From contig CM060733.1 in the NCBI GenBank assembly GCA_030704615.1, positions 27,528,001-27,592,000 of the forward strand: 64,000 nt of DNA, in the 5' to 3' direction. Both the position numbers and the translations under genes were made by a program. Below, one piece after another: positions 10,966 through 22,554 of the stretch. Below the pieces are notes generated by a model, which was not told the DNA's origin, ran no database searches, and worked only from the letters and a program-made list of their open reading frames with translations. This stretch comes from Takakia lepidozioides (Eukaryota; Plantae; Bryophyta). Each line of letters begins with the position of its first letter. The stretch's first letter is position 1.

Positions 10966-11676
10966 GTGTGCTATGAAAGATCCACAATTATGTTTCTAGA
11001 ACCTGTTGTGGTCTACATGAGAGACAAAATCTGTGGATGTCCTCCTTGTATGGCTGGGGGAAATGAGGACGTAATTGAAGGGCAGGTCTCTTCTCTTAGC
11101 CTGTGCACCCAAGGGGACAAGATTTATGTTTCCCAAGGAACTCAGACTGATTTGAGTGGAGAACAGTTGGACGAGTTGATTGCATACTGGGAGTCAGGCA
11201 TTAGCAGTAGACAACAAACTGCTGTAGTTGGCGTTGAGGGCCTCAATATTGCTTTGGACAGTCAGAACTCTGTTGGAGCTAGCAGTTCTGCAGCTGTAGG
11301 TGAAATACCAAAGTGGGTGAAAGCTAGGCTTGGAACACAACCAAAGACAGCCCCGGGGACCAAGGTGTTCAGCCACAAGGCCATGGTGTACTGGAGCAGA
11401 GGAGCAGGAGCTACTCAAGTTTGTGCAATCAGACATGGTTGCAGCCGGACACGCTCTGCACAAGGCAACCACGAGCGGGGGTTCATTAGCAATGACAAGT
11501 TTGTTCTGCTTGAAGGAGATGCAGTCATTCGCAATGAGGACACCCACAACCGTCTCAAAGCTTTCGAGTTGAGAGACTATCAAACCCTACCTTTGTTTTC
11601 TTTAGTGTTCAGTGAGCGGGAGATAGGGGAGTATTGCTTTGTCTCTACCTGGCAGAAGAGGAGGAGGGTTGGTTAG
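10966..11676 (+). CDS. Unknown accessory ORF (up to 236 aa) upstream of gag within the element
   Basis: Longest open frame in the 5' internal region; no recognisable motif. Confidence 0.3.
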   Translation: MCYERSTIMFLEPVVVYMRDKICGCPPCMAGGNEDVIEGQVSSLSLCTQGDKIYVSQGTQTDLSGEQLDELIAYWESGISSRQQTAVVGVEGLNIALDSQNSVGASSSAAVGEIPKWVKARLGTQPKTAPGTKVFSHKAMVYWSRGAGATQVCAIRHGCSRTRSAQGNHERGFISNDKFVLLEGDAVIRNEDTHNRLKAFELRDYQTLPLFSLVFSEREIGEYCFVSTWQKRRRVG

Positions 11677-14600
11677 AGCGAGCTACTGTAGCTTGGGACA
11701 AGGTTAGTGGCAGGTTTCTGGACATAGATATACCGCCTACACGTTACCATCATGCAGAGCGAGGCACTTTGAGAGAAGTCTGGCAGTTGATAGCATAGAT
11801 CAGGATTAGATCTTGCTTGGTCGGGCTTCTATTCTACCCCTCCATCTCTTTACTATTTTCATTACTTTGTACTTGTAGTTGCCAAAGCCTCTCTTGGTGG
11901 AGGCCAGTCAGTCCGGGGTTTTGGGCTGGGATATTCTGCAGGATCAGCATTGCAGATGGATTTTGGTGTGGGGGTGTTGATGTTTTGATTTCTTGTGTTT
12001 GGATCCCCCCCAACACTTGCATGCTTGACTGTGCGCCATGTTGGTTTTGTGTGGGCGCTTGCTTTCATAGGGATTAGGCCGGATTTGATCACCGGTCAAT
12101 CCTAGAGTATGCTGTCAGTGGTGAGGCTGGAGTGATGACCAGCAAGACCACCAGTGTTTCTTCTATGGTGAGACTGGGTTGATGACCAGCCAACCATAAT
12201 AGTTCTTGCGGTGGATGCAAGTGCAGGTGCCCTGAGCCACTGGGATATGACCCTTGTGTCACTATTAGAATTAGTACTAGAGCTTTATAGTGTCACGTGG
12301 GGGAGGTGCACATTGTGAGTGTCATCACGGAGTTACCCAAGGGTTTTGAGGGGAGTACGGCTATAGGCAGTAACAGTGAGAGTGGGTTCACCAGACGAGG
12401 TGTTCGTTTCAGACCACCTTCACCTCCACCCTCAACTAGTGCAGAGTCAGACACGGACTCGGAGGCTTCATCAACAGGTGTGCAGTTTCATTCGCCATTG
12501 TTGTGGGACGACATGGAGGAGATGTATGGAGCTACCAAGGGGCCTCGTAGGTACTCTGGAGCTGTGGGCACAATTGAGCTGGATGACTTTATCCAGGAGT
12601 TGGACAGCTGGTGTGATTTGCAGTAGATGCGGAATCCACACCTGTTCACCCCATTCATGGCGTGGAAGGGACTGTTCCAGCATTTGGAAGGCCCGCTTAT
12701 GGATGATTACCACAAGTTCAGGCGAGGACATGAAGCAGAGATTGAGGAGTGGAGGATGTATTGGTCACCTGACTACGTCTCCATTACTCGAGGCACGACG
12801 CGACCAGTAGCTGCATCAGTACCAATATCTCCCACTGCCAGCACTAGTAGTGGAACAAGTAGTGCCGGTACTTCTGCAGGTGGTTCCAGTTCAAAAGGTG
12901 CTACTACTCCTCCTGCCACGACTACAACACATGTGCCTAGATTCAACCCGGTGGTGGAGTTCTTCCAGGAGTTGTGGAGGAACTACCAAGGTGTACAGAC
13001 AAAGAAGCTGCGAAGTTTGCAAGACTTCCAGCGCAAACCCAGTGAGAGCTTGCGAGAGGCCTACACTCGTATGAGGCGCTTGATAAGTGTGACCCAAGGG
13101 GTTACTGAAGCTTAGGCAATCCAGTTCTGGTATGGAATTTTGGACAAGGAGCTCAGGAGAAGGGTGCGGGATGCAACCCTGTTACAAGCAGCCCAACCCA
13201 CATTAGCAGATGTGTTTCTGCTGGCTGAGCGGATTGAGCTCAACATGGTGGAAGAGCGAGTTGTTACCATTGGATTTGGCAAGGACATACCTGCACAAGG
13301 CGCAGCTGCCAGCCCACAGGCACAAGAGACTGCCCAACAGCGTGGTCAGGGGGGCAAGGTTTCCCAACCCAAGTTCCATGGAGCTTACAGAGGACCTTAG
13401 GTGGAGAGGCCCGTGGCATCTTTTGCAGGCCAACTGCAACCAGGGGTGATATGTTGGACATGTGGAGGACCCCATGTCAAGAGAGATTGCCCAGAGAGTG
13501 GCAGAAGGCCGGCACAAGCACAGCCTGCACAGTTGCAGTGTGGGCATTGTGGCAAGTATGGGCATGGAGATGCCCAGTGTTATGACTTGCATCCCGAGTT
13601 GCGCCCAGGCCAGTTCCAAGAGAACAATGGTGGCCGGGGGCGAGGTGGACCAGCCCAGAGAGGACGAGGTGGTCGGGCACGAGGTGCAGGCCAAGGGCAA
13701 GCTCAACATGGCCAAGGATGCGGAGGTCAGGGTGTTGACCAAGGCATGGCCAACCGGCTTCAGCAGCTAGAGCAGAGGCTCGCTGTCATGGCTACAGCTC
13801 AGGCGGTACCGGCTCCCAGGCGGGATGGTCCACCTCCTGTGCCTGAGGGAGGAGATATGGGAGGCATGGGATTCATGTGCGGAGCAGCACTACCACTAGT
13901 GCAGGTGGAGTCTGCTGCAGTCGTGACTCGAGGAGCAGCACGAGTTCCTGAGCCACGTGGTGTAGAGGTGGAATTGGATCCACAGCGTGGGAAGGCAAGC
14001 CGTCAGGCGAGGCTTCCCCAGTCATTCACATTGGCGGAGATAGTGTCGACGCCATCCATGGCACCTAGTTCTCGCCCGACTGTTACTGAGGCGGAGGTTA
14101 CTATGCCATTGGGGAGAGCTACACGTGCAACACTGACACCTGCTACCAAGGCTAGTGCAGCCGGTGTGTTGTTGGGGGCAGCCACCTCTGTGTGTCAAGC
14201 CCCACTGTTCTCGGCAACCATGATTGCGACGTCGGGGGTAAGACCAGCTGCAGTGTTCAGACTAGCAGCAACACTCTGTGAGAGTGGGGAGGTCACTTCA
14301 TCTTCTGTGGAGTTAGTGGAAGGTGTAGTGGCAGAGGGATCCTCGGATTTGAGGGTCAAGACTGCCACGGCTGCGCCATGGCAAGCTGCAGCTGCCAGGT
14401 TGACGGAGCTGCCAGCTAGGCCAGCCTTTGAGCGCGCCATGGTGACACCTGGAGTTGTCTTGTTAGACAACCAGGATGGCATTTTTACTTTGAATTGACC
14501 GGCAGGCAAGAAGTACCGGCCACTGTGGGTCTTGTTGGACTCGGGAGCTCAGCCACTGATGTTGGGCAGAGCTGCTATTGCAGGTTTGGGTCTCATGGAG

Positions 14601-15251
14601 GCGGATATGGAGCCTTGTCCTTTCCAAATACAGACATCTCTGGGAGGATCAGAGCAGGCTCGGGGCATGACACGGCATGAGTTGGCCATTGGACTACAGC
14701 CGGATCACCCTACAGATGGCTCAGTGATGCGAGCCAAGGCCATTGTGACAGATGCGGTCTCGTACGATGTCCTGGTTGGTGGGGCAGTGTTGTACCCCAT
14801 GGGCTTCACCCTGGATTTTTGGGAGGAGTCAGCTTCCTATAGGCCTGGATGGCAGTCAGGGGAGGGTCGTCGTGTATAGCTCCCTGTGACATTCATTGGA
14901 GGTATTGCGGCTGCCCAGCGGGGCAGGATGCCAACACGAGCCGCCTTTACAGCTGCAGTTAGTTGGCCTGGAGAGTTGCTGGAAGGCAATGCCCATGCAG
15001 AGGATGTGCCACCTTCAGCAGAGCAGGATGACATGCATGGTACGGCGGAGTTGCGTGCCATGGTTGCTCATACTCCATTGTGGGGTACGAGCAAGGATTT
15101 GCAGCAGGCTGTTGATGGACGGGTGCAACAAGCCTGGGTAGAGGCCTTCGTACCGTCAGGAGAATAGGAGAGTGCGGTGATTGCACCAGGACCACCTCAG
15201 TTGTTGCCATTGGACACCACACCTCTTGTGTGGTAGTGCCCAGATGAAGGC

Positions 15252-16200
15252 ATATGCCTTCTGGACTTGTTTGGCGGGATCAGCACTGGATTGGCTGCAG
15301 TGCTGCAGGCAGGTGTACGAGTTTGACGTTACCTATATGTGGAGAGGGATGAGACTGCACGACGCGTCTCACTGCGCCATGTTGCTCAGTTGGTACAGCA
15401 GTACCCTGTTTTGTTGCCAGTGTCTGCAGTTCGTGGATACCAACAAGCCTTGCCAGCAGACATTTCGTTGCTGGGGGCGCAGGATTTGGAGCAGGTTGGC
15501 TCCATTGATCTGGTAGTGGCAGGTTGGCCCTGCCAAGGGCATTCATCAGCCGGGCATGACAATGGATTGCGAGACTCGAGGACGGGTCTGTTTTGGGAGA
15601 TGATGCGGGTTTTGCGCCACTTGCAGCTTCATCAAGCTGTATCTCCAGCATACATCTTGAAGAATGTGCCACTGATGGGTGGTTCTCGAGCCAGGGTGAT
15701 GGCCAGTGTGCATCAAGTCCGGTCGTGGCTTGGGTCAGCAGTGTTGCTGGATGCAGCTGCAGTGGGGTCACGGGCTCATCGTCCACGGCTATGGTGGACT
15801 AACTTGATGCCACCCGCACTGCTCAAGCGTGCATTTGATGGGGTGCAGCGGCCTGCACACCTCACAGTGGATAGCATTTTGGACACAGGGAGGCAGTCTC
15901 AACGTGTGAGACACGATGACCGTTCGCCTTTGGCAGTGGTCAACAGGGTGAATCAACCACGAGTAGCATTACCTACACTACTCAACTTCCCAGGATCCCA
16001 TGCTTTTCGGGATGGTGGACCTGGCCTCTTGTGGGATAGCCAATTGCAACAATTAGTGGAGCCCAATGCTGACGAGCGCGAGCGAGCGATGAGTTTTACC
16101 ACTGGTACCACGGCGGTGCCATCTCTTTCTGAGGCATCACGTCGTCAGGTGTTGGGGCAAGCAATGGATCTCAATTGCTTGACCTGGATTATCAGCTTGG
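15252..16200 (+). other. DNMT3-like C5 cytosine methyltransferase domain within pol
   Basis: Motif I LLDLFGGIST (from 15258), II YVERDE, IV IDLVVAGWPCQGHS, VI ILKNV (ENV decayed), VIII AHRPRLWWTN, IX ERERAMSF, X RRQVLGQAM; the motif order is not permuted. Confidence 0.92.
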
Positions 16201-19200
16201 CTATGGCTGAGCAGCGCAGAGTACAGAGTACACTTCCCTTCATGGTCTCCCTGCCTACCGAGACGGTACAGGCAGCGAGTGGGGGCGAGCAGGTGAGGAC
16301 CACGAGGTGCAGGCCGCATCCATGACACACGTGGGAGGTGCTCGAGATTAAGAATGAGTTGGCAGCCAAGGCGGCGGTGATGGATCAGGTTGGGGATTTT
16401 TCTCGGATTGAGGAGGTCCTCAAGAATGGGATGATGGGGCAGGATGAGACATTGTCACTGACAGAGGAGGCAGTGGTCACTGCTCAAGAGGTTGCAACAT
16501 AGCAACCACGGTACGCGTCTTCTACCTCTAAGCCTGCTGGACTCAAGGTTGCAGTCACGGAGGACAACTGGGAGCCTGATGTTGGACCTATAGTCACCGG
16601 AGGAGAGAGACGACGTATACGGCGGTTCTTGAGGGCTTACAGGAACTGCTTTGCCTTCAGTTTGAAGGACTTAGGAGCACTGAAGGGTCAAGAGATTCGC
16701 ATTGAATTGGCTACTGACACGCCAATCTTTTGGAGACCCTATAGATACAGTGACATGGAGAGGTCCTTGATTCAGATGAGAACTCAGGACCTTTGGGAGG
16801 CTGGTTTGGTGGAGCTATCTGGGGGAGAGTATGCTTCAGCCACAGTGATGCCAGCCAAGAAGGATATCTTTGGCAATTGGACGGAGAGACGTATGTGCGG
16901 TGATTACCGGCCTGTAAATCGTCAGACCAAGTCCGATAGGTATGCCATGCCAACACTAGAGGAGATCTTTCATGCCATTGGGCATGCCAAGGTCTTTAGC
17001 ACGTTGGATTTACGATCCGGATATCACCAGTTGCCGATCAAGGAGGCGGATAAGCAAAAGACGGCATTCTGGGGGATCAATGAGCACGGGAAGGATTGCC
17101 TATACTAGTGGCGGTTCTTACCATTTGGGGTTAAGAACGCTCCGGCAGAGTTTCAGAGAGTCATGGACAGGATTCTAGCAGGGGTGGAGTTTGCTCGGTG
17201 CTACATAGATGACATCATCATCTTTAGTGCTACGGTGGAGGAGCATGAGAGACACCTTCAGGGGGTATTTGAGAGCTTGAGGGCGCACGGATTGAAGTTA
17301 CATCCGGGAAAGTGCAAGTTTTTTCACAACCAGATTGAGTATCTAGGTCACATGATATATCCTGGAGGATTGGGGGTACAGCAGACTAAGGTAGAGTCTA
17401 TTGCACAGATTCCACGCCCCACGGATGTGAGCCAAGTTCGAGCTTTCATGGGGTTAGCAAACTATTATAGACGGTTTGTTAAGGGATTTAGTGCCATTGC
17501 AAAGGCTCTAACCAAACTGACCAAGGTGGACCAGGAGTGACAGTGGGAAGATGAGCAAGAACAAGCTTTTCAAGAGCTCAAGGCAAGGTTGACCTCGGCG
17601 CCCATCTTGAGACAACCTATCAGGGGGCGTCCTTTTCAGCTGCATACGGATTGGAGCATATTGGGGCTTGGAGCGGTGCTCACACAGGTGGATGATGATG
17701 GAAGGGAGTTCGTAGTGGCTTATGCTAGCCGCTCGAACAATGCTGCAGAGTCTAAGTATAGCTCATATGAGGAAGAATGCTTAGCTGCAGTGTAGGCCAT
17801 GGCACACTTCATGTGCTATCTATACGGCAATCTCTTCACCCTTGTCACGGATCATCAACCACTCAAGTGGTTGATGGAGTCAGACAAGCTTACGGGGAAG
17901 CTTGCACGGTGGGCACTCATCCTCCAAGAATATGACTTTCAGGTTGTGCACCGACCGGGTTTGGTCAATCGCAATGCAGATGGGTCGAGTCGCAATCCAT
18001 GCACGAGCCAACAGGATGACACTGGAGCTCGGTGGCATGGTGAGACGGACGAGGAGATGGTGCCCGGATGGCATGCATCTGCATATCTGTGTATTTTGGC
18101 AGCGGAAGGCCAGGTTGGACCTGCAACAGGGATGACTGTAGATCAAGTGTCTGAGGACCCTGAGGCCAGCAATGAGCAAGGTGGCGCCAAAGATATACAT
18201 GAGGATTCAGTTGTGTTGGACTACCTCCGCACTGGAGACACTGCAGCCACTGTGACTGCCAAGGAGAGGGATCGGATCCTACAACGAGCCAAGAGGTTCA
18301 AGTGGGAGGGGACACACCTGCTCCGAGTGTGGGAGGATGGTCGAGTGAGGATTGTGCCTCACCCAACACATCGGGCACGGTTAGTGCGGCATGCCCATGA
18401 GGAGTTGGGGCATTTTGGGGTGCGACGCACTCATAGTCTACTGCAGGGGCAGTATTGGTGGCGTGGTATGCACACAGAGGTGCAACAATTTGTGGCTAGG
18501 TGCATGGTGTGTGACAGGGTGCGTGCTTCATTCAACGCCCCTACTCCACAATTGCACCTTCTTCCGATCATGGGATTGGGCTACAGGTGGAGTCTTGACT
18601 TTGCAGGGCCGTTGCCACTGACCATGCGTCACAACAAGTACGTTTTGGTGATGGTGGAGCACTTCTCCAAGTGGATCGAGTTGGTTCCGTTGCCTGATAA
18701 GGCTAGTGAGGGAGCTGCGTATGCGTTCTTGGATTGTGTACTTAGCCGCTTCGGTGCTCCAGCTGAGGTACTCACGGACCAAGGGAGAGAGTTCTTGGGG
18801 GAGTTTCAGGCTTTGTGTGACAAGGCCTTGATAGACCACCGTACCACTTCTCGGGATCATCCTGAGGCCGATGGCTTGGCAGAGAGAGTTGTTCAGACAG
18901 TAAAGAGGGGTTTGCGCAAGTATGGCTTGCAGAAGGGACACCTAGGAGATTGGGACCTTCAATTACCCTGGTTAGCCATGGGCTACAGGTTCAGCAAGCA
19001 AGCATCACTTGCCTCCTTCTCACCATACTTTCTTCTCTTTGGCCGAGAGCCGGATTTGCCTACATCCATTCGTAGCGAAGCTGCTACAGTTCTTAACCTC
19101 GACGATCCGGACGTGTGGGCACGTGCATGTGATTAACGTGCAGAGTTGTTCAAGAAAGTCATGCCCATGGCTTTCGAGAACCTTGCCATTGCACAACATC

Positions 19201-19493
19201 GTGATACGTTGAGGTATGCTACCATACGTGGTGGAGGCTATCGTCCCGGGGTTCGGAGATTCAACCCTGGTGACTATGTCTATCTGCAGCAGACTGCTCC
19301 TACAACCTTGGATGTGACTGCAGGACGTGTTATTTTGAGGGTTCGAGAGGTCTTGCCCTCAGGCGTCTTGATCTTGGAGGGTCGGGATGGCATAACTTGG
19401 AAGGACCATGTGCGTAATTGTGCGTCATGTCACCTTCCGAATGTCGATGGCAGGATTGACCCAAACCTGGCAGTGGTATTTGCAAGTTTGAGG

Positions 19494-19628
19494 TGCATGT
19501 TGTGTGGGTCTGCTAGAGGGGCAGCCACCATGCTGGTGTGTGATCAATGCTCTGGTTGGCATATGGGATGCTTGACTCCACCTCTTGAGATGGTTCCGGA
19601 TGGGGATTGGTTATGTCCACATTGCAGT
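19494..19628 (+). other. PHD finger at the integrase C-terminus
   Basis: CMLC...MLVCDQCSGWHMGCLTPPLEMVPDGDWLCPHC is C4HC3 with the typical PPL..VP.GDW.CP.C tail. Confidence 0.93.
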
Positions 19629-19871
19629 GGATAAAAACCATGGAAGGCTAACAAGAAATGCAAGGCCAAGCTACTAGGAGACCTTGAACACACGAGATCT
19701 TGGCTCAAGTTCACAGATTGCAAGATGACGACTAACGATGGGGCTACTCTTGTACCCGGCCTCTTGGTCTATAGAGTTTGAGTACAATAGGGACAGTGAT
19801 AGAGGACTTAGTACGGCTGTGGCTATTACATCTTGTAGCTATCTGGAGTTAGAGGGACCTATCCACCAGCT

Positions 19872-19881
19872 AGGGGGGCGA
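19872..19881 (+). promoter_or_regulatory. Polypurine tract
   Basis: AGGGGGGCGA one base before TGTGG at the start of B1. Confidence 0.75.
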
Positions 19882-19882
19882 T

Positions 19883-20409
19883 TGTGGCAGACTACTTTAT
19901 TGTGCATATATGTGTGGTGTAGTTTGGACAACGATGTAGTTGTGTAGCGATACGTATGCGCACGACAGCTGTCAAGTTAAATAAACACAGTGTGAAACTA
20001 ACTAGAATAAAACTAGTTATTTGTATTTAACACTTGGATTTAGTTCAAGTGTTAAGTCAGGTGTCAAGTTTGAGCTTGACACCTGAACCATTTTATCTTC
20101 ACGAGAGCGTCAGTCGCGCAGCTCATCTCTCTCGAGTTGAGCCTGCGCGACCGAGCTCCTTCATCGTTTAGAACTGAGTGTACTTATGATGGGAGGATAG
20201 GTTGTTGTGGGGTGGAGTCCCCATAGCTTGGGGTGCCCCTGGCTCGACTATTATCTGAAAGAGTGATGATGAGATGGATTTCATGTTTCTTGTGTGAACA
20301 GTGTGTCTTTAGCTTTCTTATCATTGTGGCAGACTACTTTATTGTGCATATATGTGTGGTGTAGTTTGGACAGCGATGTAGTTGTGTAGCGATACGTATG
20401 CGCACGACA
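19883..20409 (+). repeat. 3' terminal block B1(19883-19967)-GC-A2(19970-20323)-T-B2(20325-20409)
   Basis: B copies are 85 bp with one substitution found by eye (GGACAACG vs GGACAGCG). The B1/A2 junction is the palindrome GACAGCTGTC. Confidence 0.95.
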
Positions 20410-20413
20410 ACCT

Positions 20414-21059
20414 CATGACTTAACTGGCGGGTAGGTTATGAACCCCACTATTGTCCACGATGTATCCACATATCCGCATTTATATCAGTGCAAGATGCCC
20501 TCTACTTACCCATATACCCTCCCTACCCTCAAACCTTGGCTCTGCCCATTATTTGTTAGCCTTCAGAGCCTGCGAGGATTTTCCATTGCCTCTTAATTTT
20601 ATCAATGGTCCTCGTCGATAGTGCCCACATGACTCACTCCCCTCCTTCACCATTCATATAATAGAATTCACATTCTGCCATTATAGATTCCCTGACCAAT
20701 CGATTATGAAAGATATGAATAGCTCGTTTTGGCCCTTCGACAAACATGGATGGAAGACCCTTTGACTATCTTCACTGCAAGTGTCAGAAGGGGAGCACAT
20801 AGCCACAACATTCAAATCTCAAAAGATAACCTCAAACTATCTTTTAAATACACCACCACTCTCCTGTGTACCATGCACTTCATAACTATCACATTGCTTA
20901 TAGCCTTACTTCTCAACAAATGAAAGATTGAAAGTGGCCAACTTGCCCCTACGTACCTAGTGTCGTATTTGATAGAGCCCACCCCTGAAAGGAGGCAGTA
21001 CCCGCAAGCGGAAGAGGCTCTAATTTACGCTAGCTACGGCTAGCATCATATATATATAT
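20414..21059 (+). mobile_element. Second, more decayed 3' fragment of the RLE-type non-LTR family
   Basis: ATAGAATTCACATTCTGCCAT (IEFTFCH) parallels GTCGAATTCACATACTGCCAT (VEFTYCH) of the first copy. The same structured 3' end lies at 20968-21046, followed by an (AT)n tail. Confidence 0.7.
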
Positions 21060-22554
21060 CACTGGCCTTGGTTGCCTCTTTCCAAAATGAAAAAAAGAAA
21101 GAAGAATAATGAATATCCAGGCCCAAGCATAAAAAGTAAATAAAAGATCCATCCTTGGGAAACCGTTATTGGGGCTGCCCTTCTCACCATCTAAATTCAA
21201 CCTATCACCAATAACCCTTTGGCACGAAGGTGCACCATGGTCAGGCCCTCCGTGCTGGGCAGGGGAACCCTGCAAAGGCCCCCACATTCAGGCAGCAGGC
21301 ATAAGATTTATAGATTTATTTTTATGCCATTTCATTCTTTTTTGCCTTCCAGAAGGCATAACTTTCTCCTTTTTTAGGCCAATAGAGCTTTCGGAAAGTG
21401 ATGTTGGAAAGCCCTCAATCTGGGCTACATTTTTCCAATTTCAGCTCTTCAATCGGACCTGGATCAAGAAAGTTATGGCTGTTTGAAAAAAGATGTGCAT
21501 CTCTTTTCTCTTTTAGGGTGGCGGAGTACATTAGTGGTTAAGCTTACCGCCCTCGGCCTATGGGAGGTAAACAGTGAATTTTAAAACTGTCGACAGAGTA
21601 TTTGCCTATCTGCTCAGATTGAGTCCGTGGCCAAGCATACATAACAGGACAGGGGGAAAGAACTCGATTCAAAGCCCACGGCCTTTAACATACAAGAAAA
21701 CATCTTTTCTACATAGTAGTACTGCAGTTGCTCAGGATAGCAGTCTTGGGCGTTGCCCCATCTCTTGTGCAGCATATTTCTCTTGCAAGGTTATGTTTTC
21801 CTTGCTCTAACTAGTTGTAAGCCTTTGAAATAAGGGAAAGAAAAGAAAAAAAGAGAAAGAAACCTGCCAACCCTGCAATCTGGCATCATCTTTGCAGACT
21901 TCCACATCATACCATTTAAAGTGTTCAAAAGCTTCTTGCAAGGAAATGTGCACAATTCTCACTGAAAATCACGCTGAGAAAATGTGGCAATCACAAAAGT
22001 TTTCTACCCCTCAAGCTGATCCATTGACTACAAAACACAACCCCACAGATGACAAGGATCTTTCAGCTAGAGAATGCAAGTAAAGGTTGCTACCTTAATG
22101 AGTATTGTATGGGCAAACACAAGAACACAGGGAGTGCAATATCTCCTAAATCCAACAACAATGTACTGAGGATATGAAACTCACATGCCCAGTTAACATA
22201 AGAATATATCTCATGTCACAAGATACCAACATATTTTACTTCAGATACGTTGACACTGTCAATGTAAGCCGAGAAACTTCTCATGTAAGCTTTTCTCTAT
22301 CCATCTATCTTGCACACCCGCACCAAAAGCAGGAGTCAAATTAGCCACAAGGTTAAAGTAGTGTCCAGAGCACTTTGGCAATGCCTAACCCTTGCAGTCC
22401 CGTGGAACTTGGGGCCAGACATTCTGGACTTCACTTAGCAAATAAACCGTTGCCCTGGTAAAGAGAAAGAGCCAGATCCACTGAAGTGAATGTGTGGATT
22501 TTGACATTGTACAACATTTGCCATAGGTTTCTTGCAGAAGAGAACACAGATGTA

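Larger units (their letters stand above)
12297..19634 (+). pseudogene. Single-frame polyprotein Gag(2 Zn knuckles)-PR-DNMT-RT-RNaseH-IN-PHD with in-frame stops
   Basis: ORF pieces at 12297, 12627, 13140, 13401, 14532, 14886, 15339, 16629, 17163, 17589, 17799 and 19146 are all in one frame. Motifs: CWTCGGPHVKRDC, CGHCGKYGHGDAQC, LLDSGAQ, RMCGDYR, CYIDDIIIFS, LHTDWS..GLGAVL, HEELGH...CMVC, WSLDF, LTDQGREF, GLAERVVQ. Confidence 0.93.
8342..20409 (+). mobile_element. Ty3/gypsy-type retrotransposon encoding a C5 DNA methyltransferase and PHD-tipped DDE integrase, with split direct repeats A-int-B-A-B
   Basis: Termini TGTC...GACA; ACCT directly on both sides (8338-8341 and 20410-20413). A repeats at 8342-8695 and 19970-20323; B repeats at 19883-19967 and 20325-20409. 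Gag-pol domains inside. Confidence 0.95.

Noticed and set aside
12297-19634. Idea that the in-frame stops are removed by U-to-C editing or readthrough
   Set aside because: Nuclear context; several stops derive from TGG and would not be repaired by U-to-C; there are too many for programmed readthrough.
8342-20323. Conventional LTR pair A1/A2 as the element boundaries
   Set aside because: No TSD after A2 (TTGT vs ACCT), the PPT precedes B1 rather than A2, and the TSD appears only after B2.
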